Shown: positions 1 through 8,895, counted from the first letter of the stretch. The stretch: 32,000 nt of DNA from Chlamydiales bacterium (GCA_965261025.1 OZ253438.1:90001-122000), one strand, 5' to 3'. Program-made: numbers and translations. The notes: a model not told the origin generated them from the letters alone.

Positions 1-122
1 TGGAAAAGGAGCTTCTCCCTTTTTTAGGAAAAGAAGATGTAGTTTTAGTAAAAGGAGCTAGATCTTTTTCGATGGAAACGGTAGTAGAAGAAATTCAAAG
101 ATTTTTGGAACGGAGTGTATAG
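1..122 (+). CDS. murF: 3' end of UDP-MurNAc-pentapeptide synthetase (MurF), partial at window edge
   Basis: Frame 3 is open from the window edge to TAG at 120-122. It reads EKELLPFLGKEDVVLVKGARSFSMETVVEEIQRFLERSV*, resembling the conserved MurF C-terminus (D.VLVKGSR....E.VV). It lies directly upstream of mraY, as in dcw clusters. Confidence 0.6.
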   Translation, partial: EKELLPFLGKEDVVLVKGARSFSMETVVEEIQRFLERSV

Positions 123-1328
123 ATGCTTCTTCTTTTGCTTTCTTTTTTACAGCACAGATGGGGTGTTTCTTTTCCTTCTGTTTTTAGTTACTACTCGACA
201 AGGATGATTTTAGCGGCTCTGTTTAGCGTAGGCCTTACTATTTTTTTAGGGAAACCTTTTATCCGAAAGCTATATGCCCTTCGATTAGGACAGCCTATAC
301 GTTTTGCCCAAGATTGCCCGCAGCTTTGTGAACTTCACGGGAAGAAAAAAGACACCCCTACCATGGGAGGAGTATTAATCTTATCTTCCATAGGGGTCTC
401 TTTGCTTTTTTTCATGGATCTCTCTCACACTTTTACCTGGATTTTACTCGCTACTCTTTTAATTTTAGGAGGTTTGGGAGCTTATGATGACTACGTAAAA
501 TTAAAAAAAAATAATGCAAAAGGGATATCAGCAAAAAAAAAGCTTTTAGTACAAATTCTTTTTTCCTGCTTTTTATCTCTTTATCTTTTGTGGACGCCAT
601 TCACAGAATTTTTTTCTTTTACAAAAGCCCCTCAGGCTAAAGAATTCCTCTTTCACAAAAAAGAAGAGGCCGGCTCTTTTTTAAGCACCAAGGAGTATGC
701 CAGTAGGATTTATCTTCCCTTTTTAAAGAAGCCTTTTCTGATTTTGCAGGGACCTTTTTTCTTACTCCTTTTTTTTATGATTCTTTTTGTGGTAACGGGC
801 TCTTCTAATGCAGTGAACTTAACAGATGGGTTAGATGGTCTTGCATCAGGGCTCTTGGTATTAGCCTCTTCTACTTTTGCCGTGATTGCTTTTTTTTCGA
901 ATAATGTACAAATAGCGAAATATCTGAATGTTTTGTATATTGAAGGAAGTGGAGAGATTGCCGTTTTCTTGACAGCTATGGCGGGAGCTTGTCTTGGTTT
1001 CTTATGGTATAACGGATATCCTGCCCAAGTATTTATGGGCGATACAGGGTCTTTGGCACTAGGGGGAAGTTTGGGGGTTTGTTCTGTCTTTTTACGAAGG
1101 GAATTTCTTCTGGCTTTGGTAGGCGGAGTTTTTGTTATGGAAGCCTTATCGGTCATTTTGCAGGTAGTTAGTTTTCGTTTTCGGGGGAAGAAAAGGGTTT
1201 TCTTGTGTGCTCCGCTCCATCACCATTTTGAGTATAAAGGGTGGCCAGAGACGAAAGTAGTGCTTCGTTTTTGGATTATTGGTCTTTTCTTATCCTTAAT
1301 GGGGCTTGCCTCTTTAAAATTTCAATGA
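123..1328 (+). CDS. mraY: Phospho-N-acetylmuramoyl-pentapeptide transferase (MraY)
   Basis: 401-aa polytopic membrane ORF with MraY signatures KKDTPTMGG, NAVNLTDGLDGLA, MGDTGSLALGG and PLHHHFE. The N-terminus (SVFSYYSTRMILAALF) aligns with canonical MraY starts, so the ATG at 123 is accepted. Confidence 0.95.
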   Translation: MLLLLLSFLQHRWGVSFPSVFSYYSTRMILAALFSVGLTIFLGKPFIRKLYALRLGQPIRFAQDCPQLCELHGKKKDTPTMGGVLILSSIGVSLLFFMDLSHTFTWILLATLLILGGLGAYDDYVKLKKNNAKGISAKKKLLVQILFSCFLSLYLLWTPFTEFFSFTKAPQAKEFLFHKKEEAGSFLSTKEYASRIYLPFLKKPFLILQGPFFLLLFFMILFVVTGSSNAVNLTDGLDGLASGLLVLASSTFAVIAFFSNNVQIAKYLNVLYIEGSGEIAVFLTAMAGACLGFLWYNGYPAQVFMGDTGSLALGGSLGVCSVFLRREFLLALVGGVFVMEALSVILQVVSFRFRGKKRVFLCAPLHHHFEYKGWPETKVVLRFWIIGLFLSLMGLASLKFQ

Positions 1329-2518
1329 TGAAAAAGAAAGTACTCATTTTAGGATATGGTGTAAGTGGAAAAGCAGCAGAAGGTTTTTTACAAGAAAGAG
1401 GCGTGCAGACGTGTATCTATGATGATAAAGAACCTTTTTCTGCAAAGATAGAATGGGAAGAGATAGAAAAATTGGTGATTTCTCCGGGAGTAGAAAGATC
1501 GCATCCTTTAATTTTAGAAGCTTTAGAGAAAAAAATTCCCACTACCTCAGAGATAGGACTAGGGCTGGAAGAAAATAAGGAAAGGGTTCTGGCCATTACA
1601 GGAAGTAATGGAAAGACCTCTACTGTTCTTTTCCTCGAATATTTGTTTCAGAAGGCGGGGTTTTTTGCTAAAGCTTTAGGGAATGTAGGAAAGCCTTTTT
1701 GTTCTTACAAACCCCGGAAAGGGGAGCTTCTTCTTCTTGAGATTAGCTCTTTTCAGCTAGAACCCCTGGAAGGGGCTTTTTTCGACTTTGGTCTTTTTTT
1801 AAATTTGTATCCGAACCATCTAGATTGGCACAAAACCATGGAAAATTATGCGAAGGCCAAGCAAAAGTTATCTTTTTGTTTAAAACCTTCTGGTATCATT
1901 TGGACAGATAGTAAGTGGAGACATCTTTTTCCTAAAGCAAGGTATTTTCCGAAGAAGCTACCTTTTTCTTGCTCCAAGGAAGGGCTTTCCGAGGAAACAA
2001 TAAAAGGGGCTTGGATGGTAGCGGAAACATGGGGAATCAGCCAGGACTTTTTTTTAGAAAGTCTTCATCATTTTCCAAGGCCCAAGCATCGTATTCAATA
2101 TATAGGAAAAAAAAGAGGGGTTCTTTTTTACAACGATAGTAAAGGGACTAACGAAGAAGCAACTTTATTTGCTTTGAGAAATTTTTCTTCTCCCCTAAAT
2201 TTAATTGTGGGAGGGATGGATAAAGGTGCTTCGTTTCTTTCCTGGAAAGAAAACTTTCCTACTCTTATAAGAAAAATATATGCCTATGGTTTTGCTGCGC
2301 AAAAAATCAAAACCGTTTTACAATCCAGATGGGAGGTAGAGACGTTTTCCCTTTTCGAAGAAGCGGTGCAAGAAGCCTCTAGGCAGGCAAAACCGGGGGA
2401 AATAGTGCTTTTATCTCCTGGATGCAATAGTTTTGATCAGTTCGAAAATTTTGAACAGAGAGGAGATCTATTCATCAAGATAGTGGAGAAAATTATGAAA
2501 GAGGAAGCTTCTTTATGA
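1325..2518 (+). CDS. murD: UDP-MurNAc-L-Ala:D-Glu ligase (MurD)
   Basis: Mur-ligase P-loop ITGSNGKTST and motif NDSKGTN are present. The ORF-track start (1241) lies inside mraY. The ATG at 1325 overlaps the mraY stop (ATGA) and gives MMKKKVLILGYGVSGKA, a typical MurD N-terminus. Confidence 0.9.
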   Translation: MMKKKVLILGYGVSGKAAEGFLQERGVQTCIYDDKEPFSAKIEWEEIEKLVISPGVERSHPLILEALEKKIPTTSEIGLGLEENKERVLAITGSNGKTSTVLFLEYLFQKAGFFAKALGNVGKPFCSYKPRKGELLLLEISSFQLEPLEGAFFDFGLFLNLYPNHLDWHKTMENYAKAKQKLSFCLKPSGIIWTDSKWRHLFPKARYFPKKLPFSCSKEGLSEETIKGAWMVAETWGISQDFFLESLHHFPRPKHRIQYIGKKRGVLFYNDSKGTNEEATLFALRNFSSPLNLIVGGMDKGASFLSWKENFPTLIRKIYAYGFAAQKIKTVLQSRWEVETFSLFEEAVQEASRQAKPGEIVLLSPGCNSFDQFENFEQRGDLFIKIVEKIMKEEASL

Positions 2519-3150
2519 CTAAAAAACGTACGCTTTTAGCAGCCATATTCGTAAATGCATCTCTTCTGATTCTTCTTTTTGCTGTAGCTATTACCGATCC
2601 TGCTACGTGTAAAAGGGAAGCTTCCCTGGCTAAGCTTACCCCGGATGCTATAACTCTCTTAGAGTCTAAGGAAGATCTTCTTATAAAAGAAGATAAGGTT
2701 TTAGAAGAAAATCCTTTAAAAGACCTTATACATAAGCTTCCTCCTATTGAGAAACAAAAAGAAGAGGAAAAACCCCTTTTTACAGAAGAAAAAGCTCCTT
2801 CACAAAAAGGGGCCACCATTTCGGTTCAGCCGGGAGATAATTTAGAAAAAATTGCTAAAAGGCATCACTGTAGCGCTCGAGCTTTGCAAAAGGCAAACAA
2901 TTTACCTACAGAATTTTTAAAAGTGGGACAAGTTTTAACAATTCCTGAAAAAGAAGAGCCTAAAGTAGAACAAAAAAAGAAAATAGAGAACAAGGAAGAA
3001 AGAGGGTATTACCAGGTCAAAAGCGGTGATAACCCGTGGACTATTGCTATGAAGCACCACATGAGAGTAGAAGAGCTGCTAAAGCTCAATGAATTAGATG
3101 AGAAAAAGGCAAAAAAGTTAAAACCAGGGGATAGGTTACGTATTCGTTAA
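2515..3150 (+). CDS. Membrane-anchored protein with two LysM domains (occupies the nlpD position of the dcw cluster, no peptidase domain)
   Basis: N-terminal hydrophobic anchor (LLAAIFVNASLLILLFAVAI) followed by a K/E-rich linker. LysM repeats are at residues ~101-144 (ISVQPGDNLEKIAKRH..LKVGQVLTIP) and ~165-211 (YQVKSGDNPWTIAMKH..LKPGDRLRIR). The start overlaps the murD stop (ATGA). Confidence 0.8.
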   Translation: MTKKRTLLAAIFVNASLLILLFAVAITDPATCKREASLAKLTPDAITLLESKEDLLIKEDKVLEENPLKDLIHKLPPIEKQKEEEKPLFTEEKAPSQKGATISVQPGDNLEKIAKRHHCSARALQKANNLPTEFLKVGQVLTIPEKEEPKVEQKKKIENKEERGYYQVKSGDNPWTIAMKHHMRVEELLKLNELDEKKAKKLKPGDRLRIR

Positions 3151-3156
3151 AAGGCT

Positions 3157-4275
3157 ATGGGACGATCCTTTTTTTTATTAGCTAGTGCTGTATTTCTTCT
3201 TTTTTCCATCGGCTTAGTGATGATTTTTAATATTACTTCTGCGGAGATCTTAGACAAGTCTTTGAAGGTAAATCTTCAAGAAGCTTTTTTTAAGCAACTT
3301 CTCTATGGCCTTGTCGGGATTTTTTTTGGTGTTTTTCTTTATCGAATTGGTTACCAAAAACTCTTGGGTTATAGCCCTTATCTTCTTTTTTTTATCTCCC
3401 TTCTTCTTCTTCTTGTCTTTATTCCTCCGCTAGGACAAAGGATCAACGGAGCCAGAAGATGGATTAGTTTTTTAGGAGTTTCTGTTCAGCCTTCCGAGGT
3501 AGCTAAATTCGTTCTTCCTCTTTATTTCATCTATAAAGTGCAAGATAGGGGTGTCTTTCTTAGTTTCAAAGAGCTTCTTGCTATTTTATTTCCTTTATCT
3601 ATCCCTATACTGCTTATCTTATTAGAGCCAGACAATGGGGCGGCTGCTTTAATTTTGACAAGTCTTACGGTTCTTTTATTTCTCTCTCGGGTGAAAGGAA
3701 AGTACTGGGTAATTCCTCTGGGAATTTTTTGTGTTTTAGGAGTAGGTTTAGCGTATCACATGCCTCATGTATCAAACCGGATTCAAGGTTACTTGCATCC
3801 AGAGCTTGACTTGAAGGGAAAAGGACACCAGCCCTATCAATCTAAAATAGCAGCAGGCTCTGGAGGGATTTGGGGAAGGGGATTTGGAGAATCTTTTCAA
3901 AAATTGAACTATTTGCCTGCAGCAAAAAGTGATTATATAGCAGCCATCTACGCAGAAGAAACGGGCTTTTTAGGGGTTTGTATTATGCTGGTTTTATATA
4001 TTTTGATCGCTTATGCAGGATTTCAGATTGCTTTAAAAGCGAGAGACTCTGCTGCTTTTTATCTGGCTTCTATCATTACTTTTTTACTAGTTTTTCAGGC
4101 TTTCTTGAATTTGGGAGTAGTTTCGAATCTTTTGCCGAGCAAGGGAACTACGCTCCCCTTTTTTTCCCAGGGAGGGAGCTCTTTACTTGTCAATTTTTGT
4201 GCTTTTTTTCTCCTTTATTCAATCGCAGTTCCCCGGAAAAAAAAGAAGGAGAGGGAACATGCTTCCTTTTTGTAA
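3157..4275 (+). CDS. ftsW: SEDS-family peptidoglycan polymerase / lipid II flippase-like protein (FtsW)
   Basis: Multi-TM ORF with SEDS motifs PSEVAKF, LEPDNGAA, SDYIAAIYAEETGFLG and LPSKGTTLPFFSQGGSSLL. Its position between murD and murG favours FtsW over RodA. Confidence 0.85.
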   Translation: MGRSFFLLASAVFLLFSIGLVMIFNITSAEILDKSLKVNLQEAFFKQLLYGLVGIFFGVFLYRIGYQKLLGYSPYLLFFISLLLLLVFIPPLGQRINGARRWISFLGVSVQPSEVAKFVLPLYFIYKVQDRGVFLSFKELLAILFPLSIPILLILLEPDNGAAALILTSLTVLLFLSRVKGKYWVIPLGIFCVLGVGLAYHMPHVSNRIQGYLHPELDLKGKGHQPYQSKIAAGSGGIWGRGFGESFQKLNYLPAAKSDYIAAIYAEETGFLGVCIMLVLYILIAYAGFQIALKARDSAAFYLASIITFLLVFQAFLNLGVVSNLLPSKGTTLPFFSQGGSSLLVNFCAFFLLYSIAVPRKKKKEREHASFL

Positions 4276-5323
4276 AAAAAAGAAGAAATCAGGAGAGGTC
4301 TGGATTGCAGTGGGAGGAACAGGGGGGCATATTTTCCCAGCAGAACAACTGGCTTTTCTTTTAGAAGAAAAAAGAAAAAAGGCTTTTTTTATTGGGGCTG
4401 GCCTGCAAGAAAATCGGTTTTTTTCTAAGGAAAAGTACTCCTTTCAAGAGGTAAAAAGCTGTAATTTTTCCCTTGGGATTTTTCGGGCTTTTTTTCTTTT
4501 ATTTAAGTCAGTATGTTTTTGCCTTTATCTTGTAAAGAAGAAAAGACCAGAAGTAGTTATTGGTATGGGGAGTTTTCATAGCTTTCCTGTTTTATTGGCG
4601 GCGTATCTCAAAAGGATTCCCCTGGTTATATTTGAACCAAACTGTGCTTTAGGAAAAGTAAATGCTTTTTTTGCAAAAAAAGCCAAAATAGTAGCGATGC
4701 CTTTTTTAAAAAAGGAGAAGGAAAATTTTTTTCCTGTTAAACCTTTTCCTTGGGTTTTTCCCCGTTCTATTCCCAAGCTAGTCCCAAAAGAAAAAAAGTT
4801 TTTCTTCTTAGTATTTGGAGGATCACAAGGATCTAAAACAATAAACCAGGTAATTCCTAAGGGGTTAGCTCTTTTAAAGAAAATGGGAAGAGATTTTGAA
4901 GTATTTCATATAACAGGAGAAAAAACAGAGCTTTCTCTTTTTTATAAAAATTGCCAGATTCAAGCTACAGTGTCTTCCTTCGAAAAACAGATGTCCTGTT
5001 TATATAGAAAAGCGGATATAGTGATAGCAAGGAGCGGGGCTATTACCTTATCTGAGGTGCTTTTCTACGAAAAGCCTACTCTTTTTGTCCCCTACCCCTT
5101 TGCTAGTTTAGATCATCAAAAAGAAAATGCCCTTTTTTTTTGTAAGGAGATCGGAGGGGGAAAGGTGCTAATGGAAGAGGAGTTAACTTTAGCAGCCGTG
5201 GTAAAGGTACTTTTAGAGATCGAGAAAAATATTTTGGTTCATCAAAAAGCTATTCAAGAGTTTAAAAAAAAACAGAAAGGAAGGGACTTTTCTGAGTTAG
5301 TCCTTGAGCTATTATCTCAGTAA
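4259..5323 (+). CDS. murG: UDP-GlcNAc:lipid I GlcNAc transferase (MurG)
   Basis: Contains the G-loop VGGTGGHIFPA and a GT28-like C-terminal half (ARSGAITLSE, HQKENA). The start is moved from the ORF-track 4187 (inside ftsW) to ATG 4259, which is preceded by AAGGAGAGGGA. It overlaps the ftsW 3' end by 17 nt. Confidence 0.9.
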   Translation: MLPFCKKKKKSGEVWIAVGGTGGHIFPAEQLAFLLEEKRKKAFFIGAGLQENRFFSKEKYSFQEVKSCNFSLGIFRAFFLLFKSVCFCLYLVKKKRPEVVIGMGSFHSFPVLLAAYLKRIPLVIFEPNCALGKVNAFFAKKAKIVAMPFLKKEKENFFPVKPFPWVFPRSIPKLVPKEKKFFFLVFGGSQGSKTINQVIPKGLALLKKMGRDFEVFHITGEKTELSLFYKNCQIQATVSSFEKQMSCLYRKADIVIARSGAITLSEVLFYEKPTLFVPYPFASLDHQKENALFFCKEIGGGKVLMEEELTLAAVVKVLLEIEKNILVHQKAIQEFKKKQKGRDFSELVLELLSQ

Positions 5324-5337
5324 ATTTAAGGAAAAAG

Positions 5338-7647
5338 ATGAAGTATCATTTTTTAGGAATAGGGGGAGTGGGAATTAGCGCTCTGGCAAGGATTTGTTTA
5401 GAAAAAGGTTTTAAAGTAGAGGGATCAGATCGTTTGCTCAATGAATATGTAGAGCTTTTAAGAAAGAGGGGGGCAAAAATCTTTTTAGAAGAAGAGCCTT
5501 TTTCTTGTGAAAAAGGGCAAACGATTATTTACGGCTCCGCTATAAAAAAGACCCATCCTCATCTTGTAAAGGCACAAAAGCAGGGGAGCTCTATTTTTCA
5601 TCGAGCAGAATTTTTAGCCCATTTGATGCAGGGATATGAGCCTATTTTAGTTACAGGTACCCATGGAAAAACTACTACAACCTCCCTTTTAGCTTGGATT
5701 TTTTCTGAACTGCAATTAGATCCTACCTATGTTTTAGGAGGGAAGTTGAAAAAGAAAGATACAAATGCCCAGTTAGGTAAGGGAAGAGTTTTTATAGCAG
5801 AAGCAGACGAAAGCGATGGGACTTTTTTACGACTTCCCTGTAAAGCAGCTATTATTACCAATTTGGAAGAGGATCATCTTGATTTTTGGGGGAGTTACAT
5901 AAAATTGGAAGAAGCTTTTTCTAAATTTTTTCATAAAGTGCATCCTTCTCTTTGTATTTTTGGATATTATCCGAATTTGAAAAAAATAGCTCCTCACGGG
6001 TTTTCTTTAGGATGGGATCCAAAAGCCGATTTTGTCTTAACCCATTTTTCGCAAACCGAAACGGGTTTTACGGTAGATATAACTTTTCAGGGCAAAACTT
6101 TTTCCTCTTTGAAAGCACCTTTGATAGGTAGGCACAATGCAGAAAATGTAGCCTTTGCCTTTGCTTTTTGTATTCTATGGGGGCTTTCTGAAGAGTTGGT
6201 AAGAGAGGCCATACAGGCTTTTCCCGGAGTTTCTAGACGTTTGGACCTTAAAGGAGAGACAAAATATGCTACCTTGCTAGACGATTATGCTCATCATCCC
6301 ACAGAGATTCAAGTAGCTCTTTCTTCTGTAAAAGAAGCCTATTTTCCGAGAAGGGTTGTGGCTATCTTTGAGCCCCACCGCTACAGCCGTTTTGTTTCTT
6401 TTCAGAAAGAGTTTTTCTCTATTTTACAAGAAGCGGATCTTGTTTTGGTAACAGAAGTTTTTTCCGCCGGAGAAAAAAGACCTAAAAGTTGGAATCTACG
6501 AAAAGAACTGGAAAAAGAAGGCTTTTTCTATATTGCAAAAAAAGATCTTTTACAAAAACTCTCCACCTATTTGCAACCCTACGATGTGGTTCTTTTATTC
6601 AATGCAGGCGATCTTTCTTCTTTTTCTTCCTCTATTATAGAAGAGGTGTTTCCTAAAATAAGAGCCTGGAATATAGGAATTTGTTTTGGAGGAAGGTCGA
6701 AGGAGTATGAAATTTCCTGGAAAACCGCTTCTTTTTTTGAGGAAAACATAAAAAAACTGGGGTTTTCTGTCACTTTATTTCCTATCGATAAAAGAGGAAA
6801 TTGGGAGAAAGAAAGCCTTTTTTCTTCTTCTACCTTAAGAAAACTACAAGCTTGTGACATTATCGTTCCTTCTTTTCACGGACCCTTTGGGGAGGATGGA
6901 ATGATACAGGGTTTTTTACAGACACTGGGGTTGCCCTATGTTGGACCTGGTTATGGAGCTTGTTCTCTGAGTATGCATAAAGGGTGGATCAAGTCAGTGG
7001 TAGAAAAAGAGGGGATTTTTACCGCAAAATATATTACCATACCCAAGTCAGGTTGGAGGGATAGAGCTTCTTTTTTTGAGAAAAAAATGGAAGAAGAACT
7101 GACTTTTCCCTCTTGGGTGAAGGGGGCCCATTTAGGATCGAGTCTCGGGGTTTTTCCCGTAGAAAATCTCTTGCAAGCAAGAAATGCTATAGAAGCGGTT
7201 TTTCAAATGGACGATGCATTGATAATAGAAGAGCATTTTGCAGGGAAAATGGTAGAATTTGCCATGATGGGGACGGAGACTATACAAGTGAGCGTAGCAG
7301 GAGAGGTTCTCAATGAGGGAGAATTTTATTCCTATGAAAAAAAATATGGAAAAGAGGCTATAAAAACGCAAGTACCTGCTAGAATCCCTTTGGAGTGGAT
7401 GAAAAAAGGAAAGGATATAGCCAAAAGAGTTTATGAAATAGTGGGCTTACAAGGGATGGCAAGAATTGATTTTTTTGTGGATGATTGGGGAAATTTCTGT
7501 TTTTTAGAGGTAAACCCTTTCCCGGGCTGTACTTCCATTAGTTTATTCCCCCTTCTTTGGAAAAAAGAAGGGTTTTCTTATGAAAATTTAGTAAAAAGAC
7601 TGCTTCTTTTTGCAAAACAAAGAGATGGGACAAAGCAGCTTAGATGA
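5338..7647 (+). CDS. murC: Bifunctional UDP-MurNAc:L-Ala ligase / D-Ala-D-Ala ligase fusion (MurC-Ddl)
   Basis: The N-terminal half has MurC motifs (GIGGVGISALA, VTGTHGKTTTTS, DDYAHHPTEI). It runs in frame, without a stop, into a Ddl half (ICFGGRSKEYEIS, FHGPFGEDGMIQGFL..LPYVG, ARIDFF..LEVNPFPG). The junction is near residue 440 (about nt 6655). Confidence 0.95.
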   Translation: MKYHFLGIGGVGISALARICLEKGFKVEGSDRLLNEYVELLRKRGAKIFLEEEPFSCEKGQTIIYGSAIKKTHPHLVKAQKQGSSIFHRAEFLAHLMQGYEPILVTGTHGKTTTTSLLAWIFSELQLDPTYVLGGKLKKKDTNAQLGKGRVFIAEADESDGTFLRLPCKAAIITNLEEDHLDFWGSYIKLEEAFSKFFHKVHPSLCIFGYYPNLKKIAPHGFSLGWDPKADFVLTHFSQTETGFTVDITFQGKTFSSLKAPLIGRHNAENVAFAFAFCILWGLSEELVREAIQAFPGVSRRLDLKGETKYATLLDDYAHHPTEIQVALSSVKEAYFPRRVVAIFEPHRYSRFVSFQKEFFSILQEADLVLVTEVFSAGEKRPKSWNLRKELEKEGFFYIAKKDLLQKLSTYLQPYDVVLLFNAGDLSSFSSSIIEEVFPKIRAWNIGICFGGRSKEYEISWKTASFFEENIKKLGFSVTLFPIDKRGNWEKESLFSSSTLRKLQACDIIVPSFHGPFGEDGMIQGFLQTLGLPYVGPGYGACSLSMHKGWIKSVVEKEGIFTAKYITIPKSGWRDRASFFEKKMEEELTFPSWVKGAHLGSSLGVFPVENLLQARNAIEAVFQMDDALIIEEHFAGKMVEFAMMGTETIQVSVAGEVLNEGEFYSYEKKYGKEAIKTQVPARIPLEWMKKGKDIAKRVYEIVGLQGMARIDFFVDDWGNFCFLEVNPFPGCTSISLFPLLWKKEGFSYENLVKRLLLFAKQRDGTKQLR

Positions 7648-8525
7648 AAAAGCTCGCTTTTCCCAAGGCTTTTTTTCTTATTTTTTCCTCCGTATTAGTT
7701 ATCTCTGGACCTTGTTATGCCACTTTCTTTTTCTATAGAAGCTATCTTTGGCAAAAAAGGAAGGATCCTACCTATAAAATTGAAGCTATTTTGCAAACCA
7801 GTCAGGGAACTAAAAGACTCTCCACGCAATATTTAGCAGAAAAAATGGGGCTTTCTAAAGAAAAGTCAGAAAATATTTTTCTCTTTCAAGAAAGAAAAGG
7901 GGAAGAGCTTTTAAAAAGCTCTCCTTTTATCAAAGGGGCAATCATCAAGAAAATGAAACCTAATACATTATATATAAACTATCGTTTGAGAGAGCCTGTT
8001 GCTACTATTTTTGATCTGGAAAACATTTTAGTAGATAAAGAGGGATTTTTATTTGCTAACATATTTCAAGAAACAGTTCCTGAAATATATCTCGATCTAG
8101 AAAAGCCGTTTTGCCAAGAGTTTTCTTGGCAAAAACCTATTTCAGGGGAGAAGTGGGATTTTGCTATAAAGGTTTTACAAGAGATACAAGAAATTCTTCC
8201 CCCCCCTTTTTTGATAGAAAGAGTAGATGTTTCCCAAGTATTTCTTTCTTCTTATGGGAAAAGAGAGCTGGTTCTTTCTTTAATAGAGAAAAAAGAAATC
8301 CAAAAGAAAGGGGAAAAAATCCTCTGCTTTTTCCCGAAGTATTTGCGGCTTCCAGTGAAGGGATATAAGGAGCAAATGCTTCATTTTTTATCTTTAAATG
8401 AATCCATGGGCAAAGATTATGAGTCTCAGTTGCTTTCTTTAAACCAGGAGTCTGCCTCTCTGTATTTTTCACCGAAAGTAGTTGACTTAAGAATTATCGA
8501 TCTTGCTTTTCTAGAAAAAGAGTAG
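7644..8525 (+). CDS. ftsQ: FtsQ-like cell-division protein (single TM + POTRA-like region)
   Basis: Has an N-terminal TM (FFLIFSSVLVISGPCYATFFFY) and a POTRA-like stretch IKKMKPNTLYINYRLREPVATI. It sits immediately after murC-ddl with an ATGA overlap, the usual ftsQ slot. Sequence similarity is weak, so the call is positional plus architectural. Confidence 0.55.
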   Translation: MKKLAFPKAFFLIFSSVLVISGPCYATFFFYRSYLWQKRKDPTYKIEAILQTSQGTKRLSTQYLAEKMGLSKEKSENIFLFQERKGEELLKSSPFIKGAIIKKMKPNTLYINYRLREPVATIFDLENILVDKEGFLFANIFQETVPEIYLDLEKPFCQEFSWQKPISGEKWDFAIKVLQEIQEILPPPFLIERVDVSQVFLSSYGKRELVLSLIEKKEIQKKGEKILCFFPKYLRLPVKGYKEQMLHFLSLNESMGKDYESQLLSLNQESASLYFSPKVVDLRIIDLAFLEKE

Positions 8526-8529
8526 TAGC

Positions 8530-8895
8530 ATGGGGGAGCCGAAAATCAAGGGGGTCTTTAGGAAAATGGAGCAGGGCAGCTCTTTTTGTTTGGTATTTTG
8601 GACGGCAAAAGATAAACAGGAAGCAGAAGAGATAAGCAAGGAGCTTTTAGAGGAAAAAAAAGTAGCCTGCATCACCATTTTTCCTGAGGTGCATTCTTTA
8701 TTTCTTTGGAAAGGGAGAATAGAAAAGGAAAAAGAGGTGAAGATTTTGCTGAAGACTAAAAAGGAGAAGGTATCAGAGATTATGGAATGTATACAAAAAA
8801 GAAGCTCCTACGAGATTTCTGAGATTTTACAGGTTTCTGTAGATAGGGGAAATCCTTCTTACCTAAGATGGATAGAGGAGAGCCTTCGAAGTTAA
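8530..8895 (+). CDS. cutA: CutA1 divalent-cation tolerance family protein
   Basis: Matches the CutA pattern: VACITIFPEVHSLFLWKGRIEKEKEVKILLKTK....YEISEILQVSVDRGNPSYLRWIEESL. An alternative ATG at 8566 is possible. Confidence 0.8.
   Translation: MGEPKIKGVFRKMEQGSSFCLVFWTAKDKQEAEEISKELLEEKKVACITIFPEVHSLFLWKGRIEKEKEVKILLKTKKEKVSEIMECIQKRSSYEISEILQVSVDRGNPSYLRWIEESLRS

Noticed and set aside
710-1156. Antisense or out-of-frame ORFs embedded in motif-supported genes. Examples: 710-1156(-), 2493-2819(-), 3978-4364(+), 4576-4776(-), 6579-6860(-), 7113-7371(+/-), 8111-8472(+/-), 9614-9826(+), 9692-10033(-), 10079-10511(-), 11333-12112, 12968-13162(-), 19596-20738(-), 22705-23102, 24974-25162(+), 26852-27049(+), 27859-28371, 29231-29795(+), 30329-30538(+).
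   Set aside because: All lie entirely within, or overlap extensively, longer ORFs that carry clear family motifs or stronger signals. Their translations are low-complexity K/R/S/F-rich strings, as expected from alternative frames of F/K/E-rich coding DNA. None has a convincing SD.
1241-1324. Upstream extensions given by the ORF track for murD (1241), murG (4187), the Nudix gene (15889), cysS (GTG 22311) and the 217-aa ORF (24452).
   Set aside because: The extensions run inside the preceding gene and add non-homologous N-termini. Internal ATGs (1325, 4259, 15901, 22320, 24377) restore canonical N-termini and/or have SD sequences or ATGA coupling.
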